Part shown: in pieces, positions 25,765 to 36,647 of the stretch
How the letters are laid out: every line of letters starts with the position of its first letter
Numbering within the stretch: position 1 is the first letter of the stretch
NCBI GenBank assembly: GCA_051294375.1
Contig: CM119266.1
Span: 3,577,098-3,641,097 of the forward strand
Source: Paraspadella gotoi
Taxonomy: Eukaryota; Animalia; Chaetognatha
Reading direction: 5' to 3'
DNA length: 64,000 bases
Notes under the pieces: model-generated
What the model was told of the DNA's origin: nothing
What the model saw: only the letters and a program-made list of their open reading frames with translations
Databases searched by the model: none
Program-made: the position numbers and the translations under genes

Positions 25765-28700
25765 TTACCCTCCACCACAAAGGCGATGATCAATGCTGCC
25801 ATCTTTTCAAAATCTGCTCCTCCGACGCCTAATCGACCAGCGTGAAGTTCGACGTCAAATAGGAGAGGCTCGTCGACGCACTGGGATGTGGAAGGGTATG
25901 TTCGGGTTTGGGCCATGAAAGGGGGTGTTGAAGGGAAGTAGAAGAGGGTGGTGAAGGTGAGAGGAGGGCGGTGCATAAGCGGTGAGGATGGGGAAGTCGT
26001 CCGAGGTAAAAGATGTTAGGTAATCGAGAAAACCAATTTAAAAATGATCCATTCATTTCATAAACAATCTAGCCAATGACTTTGACAGACTATGATGCAT
26101 TAAGGCCTCTTTCTCTCACACAAAATAACAACAGCAGGAGCCCGCAATTTTTTAGTTTATTGACTTTCCTACCAATAGTATATTGCAGTCCGAAGTGAGA
26201 TGAAAACTTGAAAACTCTCCAAAACTTAACAATCTCACTCATTTTTCACTGTGATCGGCAATCTTGGTACAATGTACAATAGGGTGAAGTGAAAATTTGG
26301 ATTCAAAATTTAACAGATATATCTTGAAAACTATCATATTAGTGAATAATTATCTGTAATTATTTTTCTTTTTTGTATATTATAGCCCAGTCAGCTTATT
26401 TTGTATACCCTTACATAATATCAAAATTTCAAAATAGTTTTTTACAAATTTTAAAAACAGATTCTGAATCCTCATAAAAAGTTGACAAAAGAAATTATAA
26501 ATCTTTTTTAAAAATTATGTTATTAAGTATATTAAATTATAAAAAACTATATTTTTAAACTAAAAATAAAAAATTAAATATAATTTTTTTATATTTTTGA
26601 CCAACTTAATAAAATAATTTTTTAAAAAGAATTATACTTTTTTATATCAACTTTTTGCAAAGAATCCAAATCCGTTCTTAAAATTTAAACTTTTCATTTT
26701 GAAATTTTAGCTTATTATATACTTATTATTATATATAAATATAGCTCACTGGTACCCATTAACATATAAAATTAAAAAATAAATTAAAAAAAAACCAATA
26801 AAAATATTTTGGTTAACGTTCTATATGCTAAATTTTAATTTCATGAAATTTTATTATTTTCACATCGCTCTAATGTACAATGTTCAAATTGTACATTCTC
26901 TTTCTGTTTCAAACAAAGAAAGAAAAATCCTCACACTGATATCGACGCTTCTCTTTCGAAGATGGTGGCGATGACTGTGGGCGTTGCTGTGGTCGTCAGC
27001 CGCGCTGTAGTCGCCACGATTGAGAGCGAGCGGATCGCTGTGGTCGAAATTCGATGTCGAGCGTCGAACTTGAGTTTCTCGTCGATGATCGATCACGTGA
27101 TCAATCGAGTGAGAGACGCTCGTGATGTATCGATGTTTAAGATCGTACAGAAGGTGAGAGAGTTGGGACCTGAAGATAAAAATCAATCAATCAAACCGAT
27201 CAAATTCACTCCAAAAAATATCAATTTAATCAATAAATCCTCAAAAATATCTTTATATATTCCTCAAGAAAACTAAATATATTACAAACTCGGCAATTTA
27301 ATTAAACTCGCTTAACTAAACCGTCCAATCAATCAATAATAAATCCTTCGAATCGGCTTTTAGAAAAAACAAGGAACGGTTATTCCAAGGTGTTGCGCCG
27401 CATTACTTTTCTTTTTATTTATTATTAAAAACAAAAGGCGGGGCCAGCCGTCGCCTAAATTTGATTTTTAACAAATGAGTAACAGTCAATAGGCAAGTTA
27501 TAAGCGTTTTTAACGTAAGTGGGACAAACCGACGAACAGACATACTGATATACCGATGGACCGACCGACCGAAAAGTGACTTATAGAGTTGCTCCGCGAG
27601 TACTCGCGGCGCAACTAAAAACCTTGAGAAGTATCCATCGCTTTTTCCTTTGTCCTCAAATCTCATGAGGGGAATGAGAAAATCTTTTTCGTAATTCATT
27701 GAATCTCGAAGGTGAGGACAGGAACTGGGAAAGTAGGAGATGACCTGACGGGTAAGTGAAGAGGGTCAGTCAATGGTTGAGCCATCATAAAAACTTGCCA
27801 AAAAAATCATTGTATGAAAATATTATATTTAGAATAATAAAAATTATCAAAATTGGCAGAAAAAGTTTAAATATTATAAAATGCTCAAAAATATTTGTAA
27901 AGTAAAATGTCATTAATAAGTAGATCCGTTGTCCCAAGCACAAGAGTAAAAGAGATAATATAAATCTCACGATGAAAATGTTTTTAATATCCAACTTTCC
28001 TGATGTTTACATTATTTTTACAATTCTCACTTGCAAAATGATTACGGAAGCTTTATTGAAGGCAACTTCGTCCAGAAAGGAAAAGTTGGAAATTTGGAGA
28101 ATCGAAAAAATGTCAGTCGATGTAAGGCACTAATTTAAAAAGAAAATATTTGAGCGCAATATACATATAACATTTTATTCACTACTAACTAATAACCTTT
28201 AACAACTCATCCCCGCATCCTTCGGCTTTCACGGGCTCCAATCGGTCGCATTTAAATTTGGCGTAAACGTCGCTTAGCAACGAGGCCAAGTTATCGGGCC
28301 GCAACGCGCGTTCCGAATGGTTAGCGAATCGGCCAATCACGATGGAGAACGCGTCGGTGTGTACGTGATGATGAGAATCTTGTTTTAGAAATGGGGTTGT
28401 GGCGGAGGAAGAAGGGGAGAAAGATTTAGTCATGAATCCCGGGAAAGAAAATCAAAAATATGTTTATCTTTATACTTTTTTTCACATACAATTTTACACT
28501 CAAATTATATCCCTTTCTTTTTAATATAACGTGACGTAATAACCATAAACTAAAAGTAAAAAGAATGTTAAAATTGTTCGTTTGCGGTTTTCAGATTTTT
28601 TTTATCGTCTTCTTTTCTCACCTCAACTCCGCTCGCCGAAAATAGAACTTACTCGAATTAACCACACGTACCTTACCTTTTATTACAATATCTAACAAGA

Positions 28701-28999
28701 ATTTGTCCAATGCTGTATAAGTGTATATCGTATGTATAATGCATAAGTAAGTTTTATGCTAACTCACCTTCGTTTTCAACCGATCTTGCCGCAGGTAAGG
28801 TAAACACAAGCAAAAGGAAGTAAAACGTTCGTGCGAAACAGTTGATGTTGTAGAAGCTGTAACTCATGACGCCGTCTCGGTCATTGCTGGAGTTGGATCG
28901 AGTTTCTCTTTTGTTTCCTCGATTTCGATCGTCGATAGAGTTGACGTCGTTTGTCGATAGATGTCGCATTTTCGAAGGAGATTGCGAGAGGCGCCACAT
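15194..28999 (-). CDS. LIV-1 family zinc transporter, ZIP12/ZIP4-like (SLC39A)
   Basis: About 19 exons: signal region 28768-28999; ectodomain with repeated Cys-led helical units (CLTSTDIF 28031-28129, CVDEPLL 25769-25880, [15 protein letters not shown] ~20238-20339); His-rich linkers; TM1 [12 protein letters not shown] and [17 protein letters not shown] (~19433-19602); [15 protein letters not shown] (~16350-16496); [18 protein letters not shown] (15656-15843); last exon [12 protein letters not shown] (15194-15322). Confidence 0.92.
22066..22110 (-). ncRNA. Minimal type I hammerhead ribozyme motif (PLE-type)
   Basis: Minus strand ATG-CTGATGA-A-GGCTT-GTAGTT-AAGCC-GAAAC-ATGTC-CGT: intact core, 5-bp stem II, palindromic stem III ACATGT, GUC cleavage triplet, short stem I. 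Confidence 0.75.
23235..24499. mobile_element. Kolobok-like non-autonomous DNA transposon
   Basis: TTAA TSD at 23231-23234 and 24500-24503; TIR GGCCTGGGAATCATTCA / TGAGTGATCCCAGGCC with GG..CC termini. Confidence 0.75.
26280..26872. mobile_element. hAT-type foldback MITE related to 3715-4326
   Basis: TIR TAGGGTGAAGTGAAAAT / ATTTTCACATCGCTCTA; 8-bp TSD ATGTACAA at 26272-26279 and 26873-26880; shared internal CATAAAAAGTTGA motif. Confidence 0.8.
27362..27620 (-). mobile_element. DINE-1/Helentron-like element, family B
   Basis: Terminal hairpin AGTTGCGCCGCGAGTACTCGCGGAGCAACT, GTCG microsatellite, second sub-TIR GCGGCGCAAC; same family as 33753-34380. Confidence 0.7.
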
Positions 29000-29380
29000 T
29001 GTCTAATTTGATAGTTTGATTATTTATACAGGGACGCTCTTGTTTTTGTTTTTGCTTTTTTATCTTTTTGTTTTTTCGGTTCTTTGTGTTTTTTGTTTGT
29101 TTTTTATGTATGTTTTTTTGTTTTGTTTTATTTTTTTCCCTTGGTGTTTCGCTCCCACCTGCAATCCTGAACAAATGATCTTTATAACATTCAAATATTA
29201 ATAAATTGAAACAAATAAAAAAGACATAAAATAAATAGTAATAAAACGCATCAAGAGGTAAACTGAGCGAAGAAATATTATAAATCCCGAAGAATAATTA
29301 AAAGCGAAAACTGCAAACTGCGTTGAATTGAACTTATTACGGTGAATTGAAATCAGATATTATTCGAATATATATTTTTT

Positions 29381-29506
<126 letters not shown>

Positions 29507-29964
29507 GTCATCAGGTCAGGTGAGGTCATTTTTGGCAAAAGTTACAGAAGAGGAGTAAAAGGAAGAAGAGGAGGAGGAGAAACAAAACGGCGACGACTAT
29601 GTTGACAACGACAACGACGACGACAGAAGAAGAAACAAATTCTTAAAACTCAACTTTACTTTTGTTTGTGTTGCGATCGTAAAATTTGTTGGAGTAAATT
29701 TTTATGTTTTTTTGATCGGAAGTTTTTCTGTTTTCGACAGGAAAGTTCCATTACAATATTATTGCTTTTGAAATTGGTACAACCAATACAAAAGATTATC
29801 CATTCGTAATTTCATAATATTATTATTATTAAATATATTTATTTGATTAGTTGAAGAAAAAACGTCGAGGAACCCAAAAATTGAAGGAAATCAAAACACG
29901 AATAAGAAACAACAGCAAACAGAGGTCAAAAGCAAATAAAAAAACTGAAAATCTAAAAGGAAAA

Positions 29965-30010
<46 letters not shown>

Positions 30011-30169
30011 AGAGAGGGACGAACTAGAAAAAATCGTGAACCAAAGAATATGATTTTATATTTGCAGGAATAAGTTTGATTTATTTGTGACAACGATTCA
30101 TTTTATTTCAGTTTAGAAACGATTTAGATTAGATTTTATATTTTTAATTTAACGATTGTTCTTAAATTT

Positions 30170-30485
30170 AATTCAGTAAAAACTTAAATCTAAATTTAAT
30201 TTAATCATAAAAAACTTAAATCTAAATTTGGTTTAATCAGTAAAAACTTAAATCTAAATTTAATTCAATCAGTAAAAACTTAAATATAAATTTGATTTAA
30301 TCAGTAAAAACTTAAATCTAAATTTAATTTAATCAGTAAAAACTTAAATCTAAATTTGATTTAATCAGTAAAAACTTAAATCTAAATTAAATTTAATCAG
30401 TAAAAACTTAAATCTAAATTTGATTTAATCAGTAAAAACCTAAATCTAAATTTGATTTAATCAGTAAAAACTTAAATCTAAATTT
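30170..30485. repeat. 32-bp AT-rich minisatellite, about 10 copies
   Basis: Unit TCAGTAAAAACTTAAATCTAAATTTGATTTAA, head to tail, no spacers. Confidence 0.9.
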
Positions 30486-31454
30486 GCGTAGCCAAAGTTT
30501 GATTCTTCTTAGAAAGCGGCTCGTACAACAAATTACTACTTATTAAAAGTAGTAAATAATCTTCTGTGACAATTCTGTTCTGAGATATTAATATTATAAG
30601 AATTACTTCAGAATAGAATAGAGAAGTGACTTTAGAAAAAAAATTGAATGTTACTTTCTGTAAATGTGAGAAAGAGATTTTCGCAACCAATGAATATTTT
30701 TATTAGCGAAAAGGTTTTTTAAAAGATTTTTTCTCTTTTTTATTCATAAACGTATCAATGGTTTTTTTTTTCGCATTGATTGACCAGAGAAAACTAAAGA
30801 GAATCTCGAAATTATTCATGCAATTTCTAAATGCATTCAAATTTTATATCAAGCTAGTTGATTACAGTCCCTTCGGATCATCCACTAAAATTATATTTTA
30901 GCGATGAAACATCTTGTTTTAATTTTTTTTAAATTTCCTATTGTAATAATTTTAAATTTTATTTTAAATTTTAATTTTCTTATTGCAAAATACCAAATCC
31001 CTAATCAGATTTCTTTCCTCGGTAATTCCTCCATGAGTGGCTTAAAATAAATCCTCAGATTTAAATATGAGAGTTAGTGACTCGAATGTTGTCGCCCCAC
31101 CTCGATGAAAAAAAAAGAAAGAAAGAAAAAAGAAAAAGAGAAACGAAAGGAAGAAAGAAAGAGGACATAATAAAAGGTTGTGTTCTATTGTGGATTAAAA
31201 GTTCTCAGATTTTGTGGCACAAAAGCGCAATGACGTCGGCGCGGCCAAACCCCAAAAACAAGGCCCCTTTTCTTGTTCTGGCGTAAGCAAAGTAGCATTA
31301 AAAATATTAGATACTTATTTGTGAATTACGTTTTTGCATTGATGAAGAATGGTATGCCATTCGAAACATGTCTGCATTTTAAATAATAAATTTCGTTGTG
31401 AAAACGAAAGGAAAGCAATATAACAAATAGATAAATTGTTGATATATACTTTTT

Positions 31455-31960
31455 TAGGCGGATCTGCTTACAGCAGATCTCGGCTCGATAATTCACTTTG
31501 TCGGTCCGTCGGTCCCACCCCAATAGCTTGTCGGTAAGACACTTAGATCATGTCAGAACTTCGAATTAAGTTTAAATTGAAAAAACAAAAACACCGTTTC
31601 ACAAATTTATTATGATTATAGTTAATGTAAATTAAATTAATTAAATTAATAAAAAAAATTAATCAATTAGTCAATAAATTTATCAATAATTAATTTATCA
31701 GTCAATTAATCAATCATTTAATTATTCAGTCAATCAATTTATTTATCTAATAATTAATTTTTCAATCATTATCGGCATTATTGTCGTCGTCGCCATCATC
31801 GTCGTCGTTGACGAAAAGACGAAAAGACCTTAAAACAAACGTCGGATCAAATTGATTAATTAACTAATTAAGTAAATTGAATTAATTAATTAATTAATTA
31901 ATTAATTAATTACCGCTCATGATCGTGGGCAGATCCGTCTGCCAATGAAATATATAGAAG
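31455..31960 (+). mobile_element. DINE-1/Helentron-like element, family A copy
   Basis: Same 5' block as 6805 (GGATCTGCTTA..TAATTCACTTTGTCGGTCCGTCGGTCCCACCCCAA) and 3' GGCAGATCC. Confidence 0.65.
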
Positions 31961-33008
31961 TATAATTTTGAGACGAAAAAAATATGCAGTAAAAAAATAA
32001 TTGGAAATTTAATGTTTTTAAAGGAATTAAATAGACTTTTAAAAAAGAGTAAGAAAAAAAACAAAACAACAATAACGCAGTTTTTTCGAGAAAAAAAATT
32101 TGATGGCGGAAGAAAAAAAGAGTAAGTTAACGACAAAGATTGAAAGTTTGATTCCGGCCGAAGAAAAGGTGAGTTAAAATAAAAGAAAATAAAAAAGAGA
32201 AAAAAGAAAAAAGAAATAAAAAAATCGGAAAGATATATGAAAAAGTTAAAACATACTAGGGCCCGGATCGAGCATTTTCTGGCAAACACAATACCCCTCG
32301 CTGGGAATCTAACAAGAATAAAAACAAAAAGGTTATTAGGAAAAAAGACACCGAGAAAAGAAAAAAAAAGAAATATTTTAGATACATATATATACATTTT
32401 CCGTTTGTCTCTCTTACTATTGGGTCGACTGTCTTTTTAATAATTATTTTTATAGTTAATTTTTTATTCAATTTTTTTCTTTTTTGTTTCTTTCTATGTT
32501 TATTTTTTTCTTTCTTAGTTTGTTCTTATCTTTTTCTTTTCCTGTCTGTTTATTTATCCGTTTGTCATTCTATCTTTGGTTCTTTCCGGATTTTTCTAGT
32601 GATTTCAAGCAGTTTGGCCTTTTGAGTTGAATCTCTTGTTTACTTTTGCCGCCGACCCGTCGTAAATTCGTTGTCGCCCAAAAACATATTTAAGCTTCTT
32701 TCTTTTTCCCCTTTTTTCGGGGTTAAGAGGCAAAAATGGCAGCTGTGACCCTCGTGCCGCATTCAATACAGGGTCATTTGACAAGAAATAGAAAGTGTGC
32801 ATTATTAGAACAGCTGACCAAAAAATGTTTCTTTTCGTACTTGTCTTCATATCATTGGCATTTCCATTGGCTTGACGTCAATAAAAGTAATTAAAAATTA
32901 AAAATGTTTAATTTCTTTTTTATTCAATTAAGAAATTTTTTTTCCGTTTAAAAGTAGCAGTTAATTCATTTTATTACACGAAAAGTCAATATACAAAGTC
33001 AACCTCGC

Positions 33009-34724
33009 TCAATCCAAACCCTCTTGCGGCCAACCAAAGTTCTTGACTGCACAGCCACGTGGTTTCGCGTAAGGACCGAACCTCTCCAGTTGACTGTCCG
33101 GGTGTGTCAATCGCCAACCTTCAAATAAAATAAAATATGTTGTTTTATGTTTAATTTTTTTTATATAATCGTTGTTGTACTTGTCCTTACCAATCATTGC
33201 GTTCATCGTTTTTGGAATCGGCGTCATCTTCGTCGTCGTCGTTGCGGTGCCAACTTCGCTGGATCCCGGCGTCATTTCCGGCGTCGTCGGTTTCGCCGGC
33301 GCCGCCATCTGATATAAATATAACATAAAAAGTACTTAATGTTTGTTTACGATGCATTAAATTTACATATAATTTATCTTTATCATTCATCCCGTTTACA
33401 CTTCTACCCTCACCTCTCCTTTCACAATCCCCTCACATCCCCTCCCCTTTCCTTCCCTTTTCTCCCCTTACCTTTTCTCCCCTTACCTTTTCTCCCCTTA
33501 CCTTTTCTCCTCACCCTCTCCCCATACCTCAGCATAACAATCCTTCAAAAAGTTCCAATTCTTTGGCCATGAGTTCGCCGCTTCCTTCTCGTGTCTCACG
33601 TGATCCTTCCTGACGTAGTCAAATAAATGCAACAATTTCATTGGTCGACGAGCTTCATTGATCAACGCCGATTGGTCCTCTCGGCTCAAAAATTCATAAA
33701 ACAAAAGCCCTAAAGGCTAAACGAGTGTAATCTGCAGTTTTATTAACCATCTTTTTAGTTGCGCCGCGAGTACTCGCGGAGCAACTCTCTAAGTCACTTT
33801 TCGGTCGGTGTGTCGGTCGGTCCGTCACTCCGTTGGTCGGTATGTCTGTCCGTCGGTCTGTCCCACTTAAAATGCATATAATTTGCCTATAGTTGGTTGC
33901 TCTTTTGCTAAGACAGAAAAAAATATCTAACCTAAGGGACTACTAGCTCCGCATTCAGGAAATCCTAAAACTAAAAAGAAATCAAAGACGGAATTTTGAT
34001 GCAGTGCATGTAATAAATATCATATTAATATTATTTCACGTCATGTTATGTTAGATCACNNNNNNNNNNCTACTAGCTCCGCATTTAGGAAATCCTAAAA
34101 CTAAAAAGAAATCAAAGACGGAATTTTGATGCTGTACATGTAATAAATGTCATTGTGATATAACGCTGATGAAGCCTTGAAACGAAGCCGAAACATGTCT
34201 GTTTTGAATTAAATAAAAATCGTTGTCAAAACTAAACTCAAACTGTCTGTAATAAATGTCATATTAATATTATTTCACGTCATGTTATGTCAGATCACGT
34301 CATGTCATGTCACAAAAAAATACACATGATAAGGCAGTCACGGCGGCGCAACACATTTGAATTACTGTTCTTGTTTTTTAAATAGAAGAATTATTGAATT
34401 ATTTTGAGGGTTTAATCCATTTTTTCATGTTAATAACCTAACAAAACCCTGCAAGATTTCAATAAAGACTTTCACAGTCGAGTTTATTAACTCGCCGATC
34501 CTCTCTCTTAGATATAAATAGACCTAGCTTGTTTTAGTTTCAGTAGAATTGATCAAGACTCCTGCGCGTGTCATACCATCAAATAATTAGATTTTATTAA
34601 TTTACAATTATACTATTAAACGTTTTGCGCACCATATTTGATCAGTGGCCACAAGGTTGAGACCCTGGACGCTTTTTTTAGTCACCGTCTCGGGAGCCGA
34701 AGTTTTTGGTGTCGGGGCAGTCAT
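33009..34724 (-). CDS. CIMIP1: Ciliary microtubule inner protein 1 (C20orf85/LLC1 family)
   Basis: Phase-consistent exons 34633-34724, 33528-33609, 33191-33308, 33009-33118: NLVATDQIWKDHVRHEKEAANSWPKNWNFL .. PIPKTMNAMIGWR .. LERFGPYAKPRGCAVKNFGWPQEGLD*, matching the NxVxxDxIWK / WPxNWxFL / IGWR / WPxxG motifs I recall for C20orf85. Confidence 0.85.
33753..34380 (+). mobile_element. DINE-1/Helentron-like element, family B copy (spans an N gap)
   Basis: TTTTTAGTTGCGCCGCGAGTACTCGCGGAGCAACT start; GCGGCGCAAC..TTCTTGTTTTT end. Confidence 0.7.
34161..34205 (+). ncRNA. Hammerhead ribozyme motif in a 94-bp insertion
   Basis: AACG-CTGATGA-A-GCCTT-GAAACG-AAGCC-GAAAC-ATGTC-TGTT; one stem II mismatch; 3' tail homologous to 22020-22070. 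Confidence 0.65.
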
Positions 34725-35052
34725 CTTTGATTTAGTTAAGTTAATCTTTGATTTAGTTAAGTTAATCTTTGATTTAGTTAAGTTATAAAAATAACTTGAG
34801 ATCGAGTTTAAGAGTAAAAAGTCTGGTTTATCTTTGTTTATTTAACTGCTGAAGTTTGAGTCGGTCGATCGTGCGCGAAAAAAAAAAGCGTCTTTAAGCA
34901 GAGCCAAATTTATTTTGGAAATCAATTTTTGTCACGAAACCGTTTTTATTCTTTAACAAAAACTTAAATAAAATCTTAAATTCTTAAATAACGATTCTTA
35001 ATAGTTGACATCGAATTACTCCCGAATTCGTGTTTTGCGAAATCGAAACGCG

Positions 35053-35130
35053 GTTTCCATGACGACCACGTCGGGATAAGTAAGAGCTTAGTTTCTTGAT
35101 TGGCTGACGCGAAAAAAAATCTCTCCAATC
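35053..35130 (-). promoter_or_regulatory. RFX X-box plus CCAAT boxes upstream of CIMIP1
   Basis: GTTTCCATGACGAC at 35053-35066; ATTGG at 35099-35103; CCAATC near 35125. Confidence 0.65.
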
Positions 35131-36647
35131 AGAAGTAAGGCAAAACGCCAAAAAATAAGAGAAAGACCTTAAGCCGTAAGGTCTCAAAGATTATATATCC
35201 CGATTGCTATTTGAAAACAGTTTATTGATAGAACCAAGTTTTTTACATTTCTAATATTTCTCTAAAACAATGTCTGTTTTTTGTTCTTTTTAGTGCTTTT
35301 TAATGCTTGATATTGTGTATATAACTGATATTTTACTTATGACAGCTATTTCTGCACTATCATTTCTCTACTATTATCTGAAAAAATAAAAAGTACAATT
35401 TTTAAATCGTTAAAAAGAAACGAACAGCTCATTTTATTTCTCAAAATTGTTTTTAGAAGCTCTAAACTTTTTTCAAGTTGATAAAATAAAAGTCACGAAA
35501 AATTAAAATGGAAAAGATTATGAAAAAACACCAATAAATCAACTGCATTGTAATTATTTTATTAATATAATGTATGGAATCTATAATTATGTATCATTTA
35601 AAGGAACAAAAAAATGAAACAATAAGAAAGCGAATGAAATCACCGAACAGACCGTGGCACACAGAGAATTAAACGCACAGTGCTTTTCGCGAGTGTCGCA
35701 TGTCACAGTGCGCAACGAAGAATATGCGAATATAGAAAAATATATCCTAGTAGACAGTAATAATGTGCTTCTGAATTTGACATGGTATTTAAAACAATCT
35801 ATCTGACAAGTTGCTGGTTTTAAATAAACGAATGTGAATATAAAAGGAAGTTGGAACATTGAAATAAAAACGCTTATTTTACGACTTTGAGGAATATTCA
35901 ATAAACGCTTCATTATAAAAACAAATATTAGAACCAGAAATGGTTAATGATGCAAGGACTTTTCATTTTTTGAAACAAAAAAACATTATTCATTATCAGA
36001 TTGAGTCTAAACTTAAATTCTAAAGCAATATAATCTTTTTTAACTAAGAAACTACTAAATTCTATTAACACAAACAAAGTTCATAAATATTTTTTAACTA
36101 TTAAATCTTTCTTCCTATTCCAAATTTATTTGTCTCAGATTTGTTTCAGATTTGTTTCAGATTTGTTTCAGATTTGTGTCAGATTTGTGTCAGATTTGTG
36201 TCAGATTGGTGTCATATTTGGGACATTCAAACGAGTTCAATTCATTTCGATTTTCTATTTGATCGCCAAAAATTCAATCCGATCGCAAAGATCAAACGTC
36301 CGAGAAGAAGGTAAGTGACCGAGGTCGGATCAGATATCAAAAGGTAAGTTCAATCCAGTTCGAATCCGTGAAGATTTTCTCCCTGATTAGAAGTTGGAAT
36401 TTCGTCTGGACAAAAAGGAAAGTTAAAACAGATTATAGCAAAGAGCAAAAAAGTATTGAATTATCCGTATTAATAGATTTTTTTTATCAAAAAATGGTGA
36501 GTCATTTCTCTAGATCGAAATATTTTAACATTTTCAAAAAAAAAAAAAAGCTGCTAATTTTTATTCCATAAAGTTCAAGGCAAATATCTAACTGAGACAT
36601 TATAAACAGAAAACAAGAAACAAAGACAAAACAAAAAAAAACAAGAT

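Noticed and set aside
30170-30485. 32-bp repeat array superficially CRISPR-like
   Set aside because: Head-to-tail units without spacers, no cas genes, eukaryotic context.
34626-35711. TGCGCAC metal-response elements for the ZIP gene
   Set aside because: Isolated heptamers more than 5 kb from the ZIP start, within or beyond another gene.
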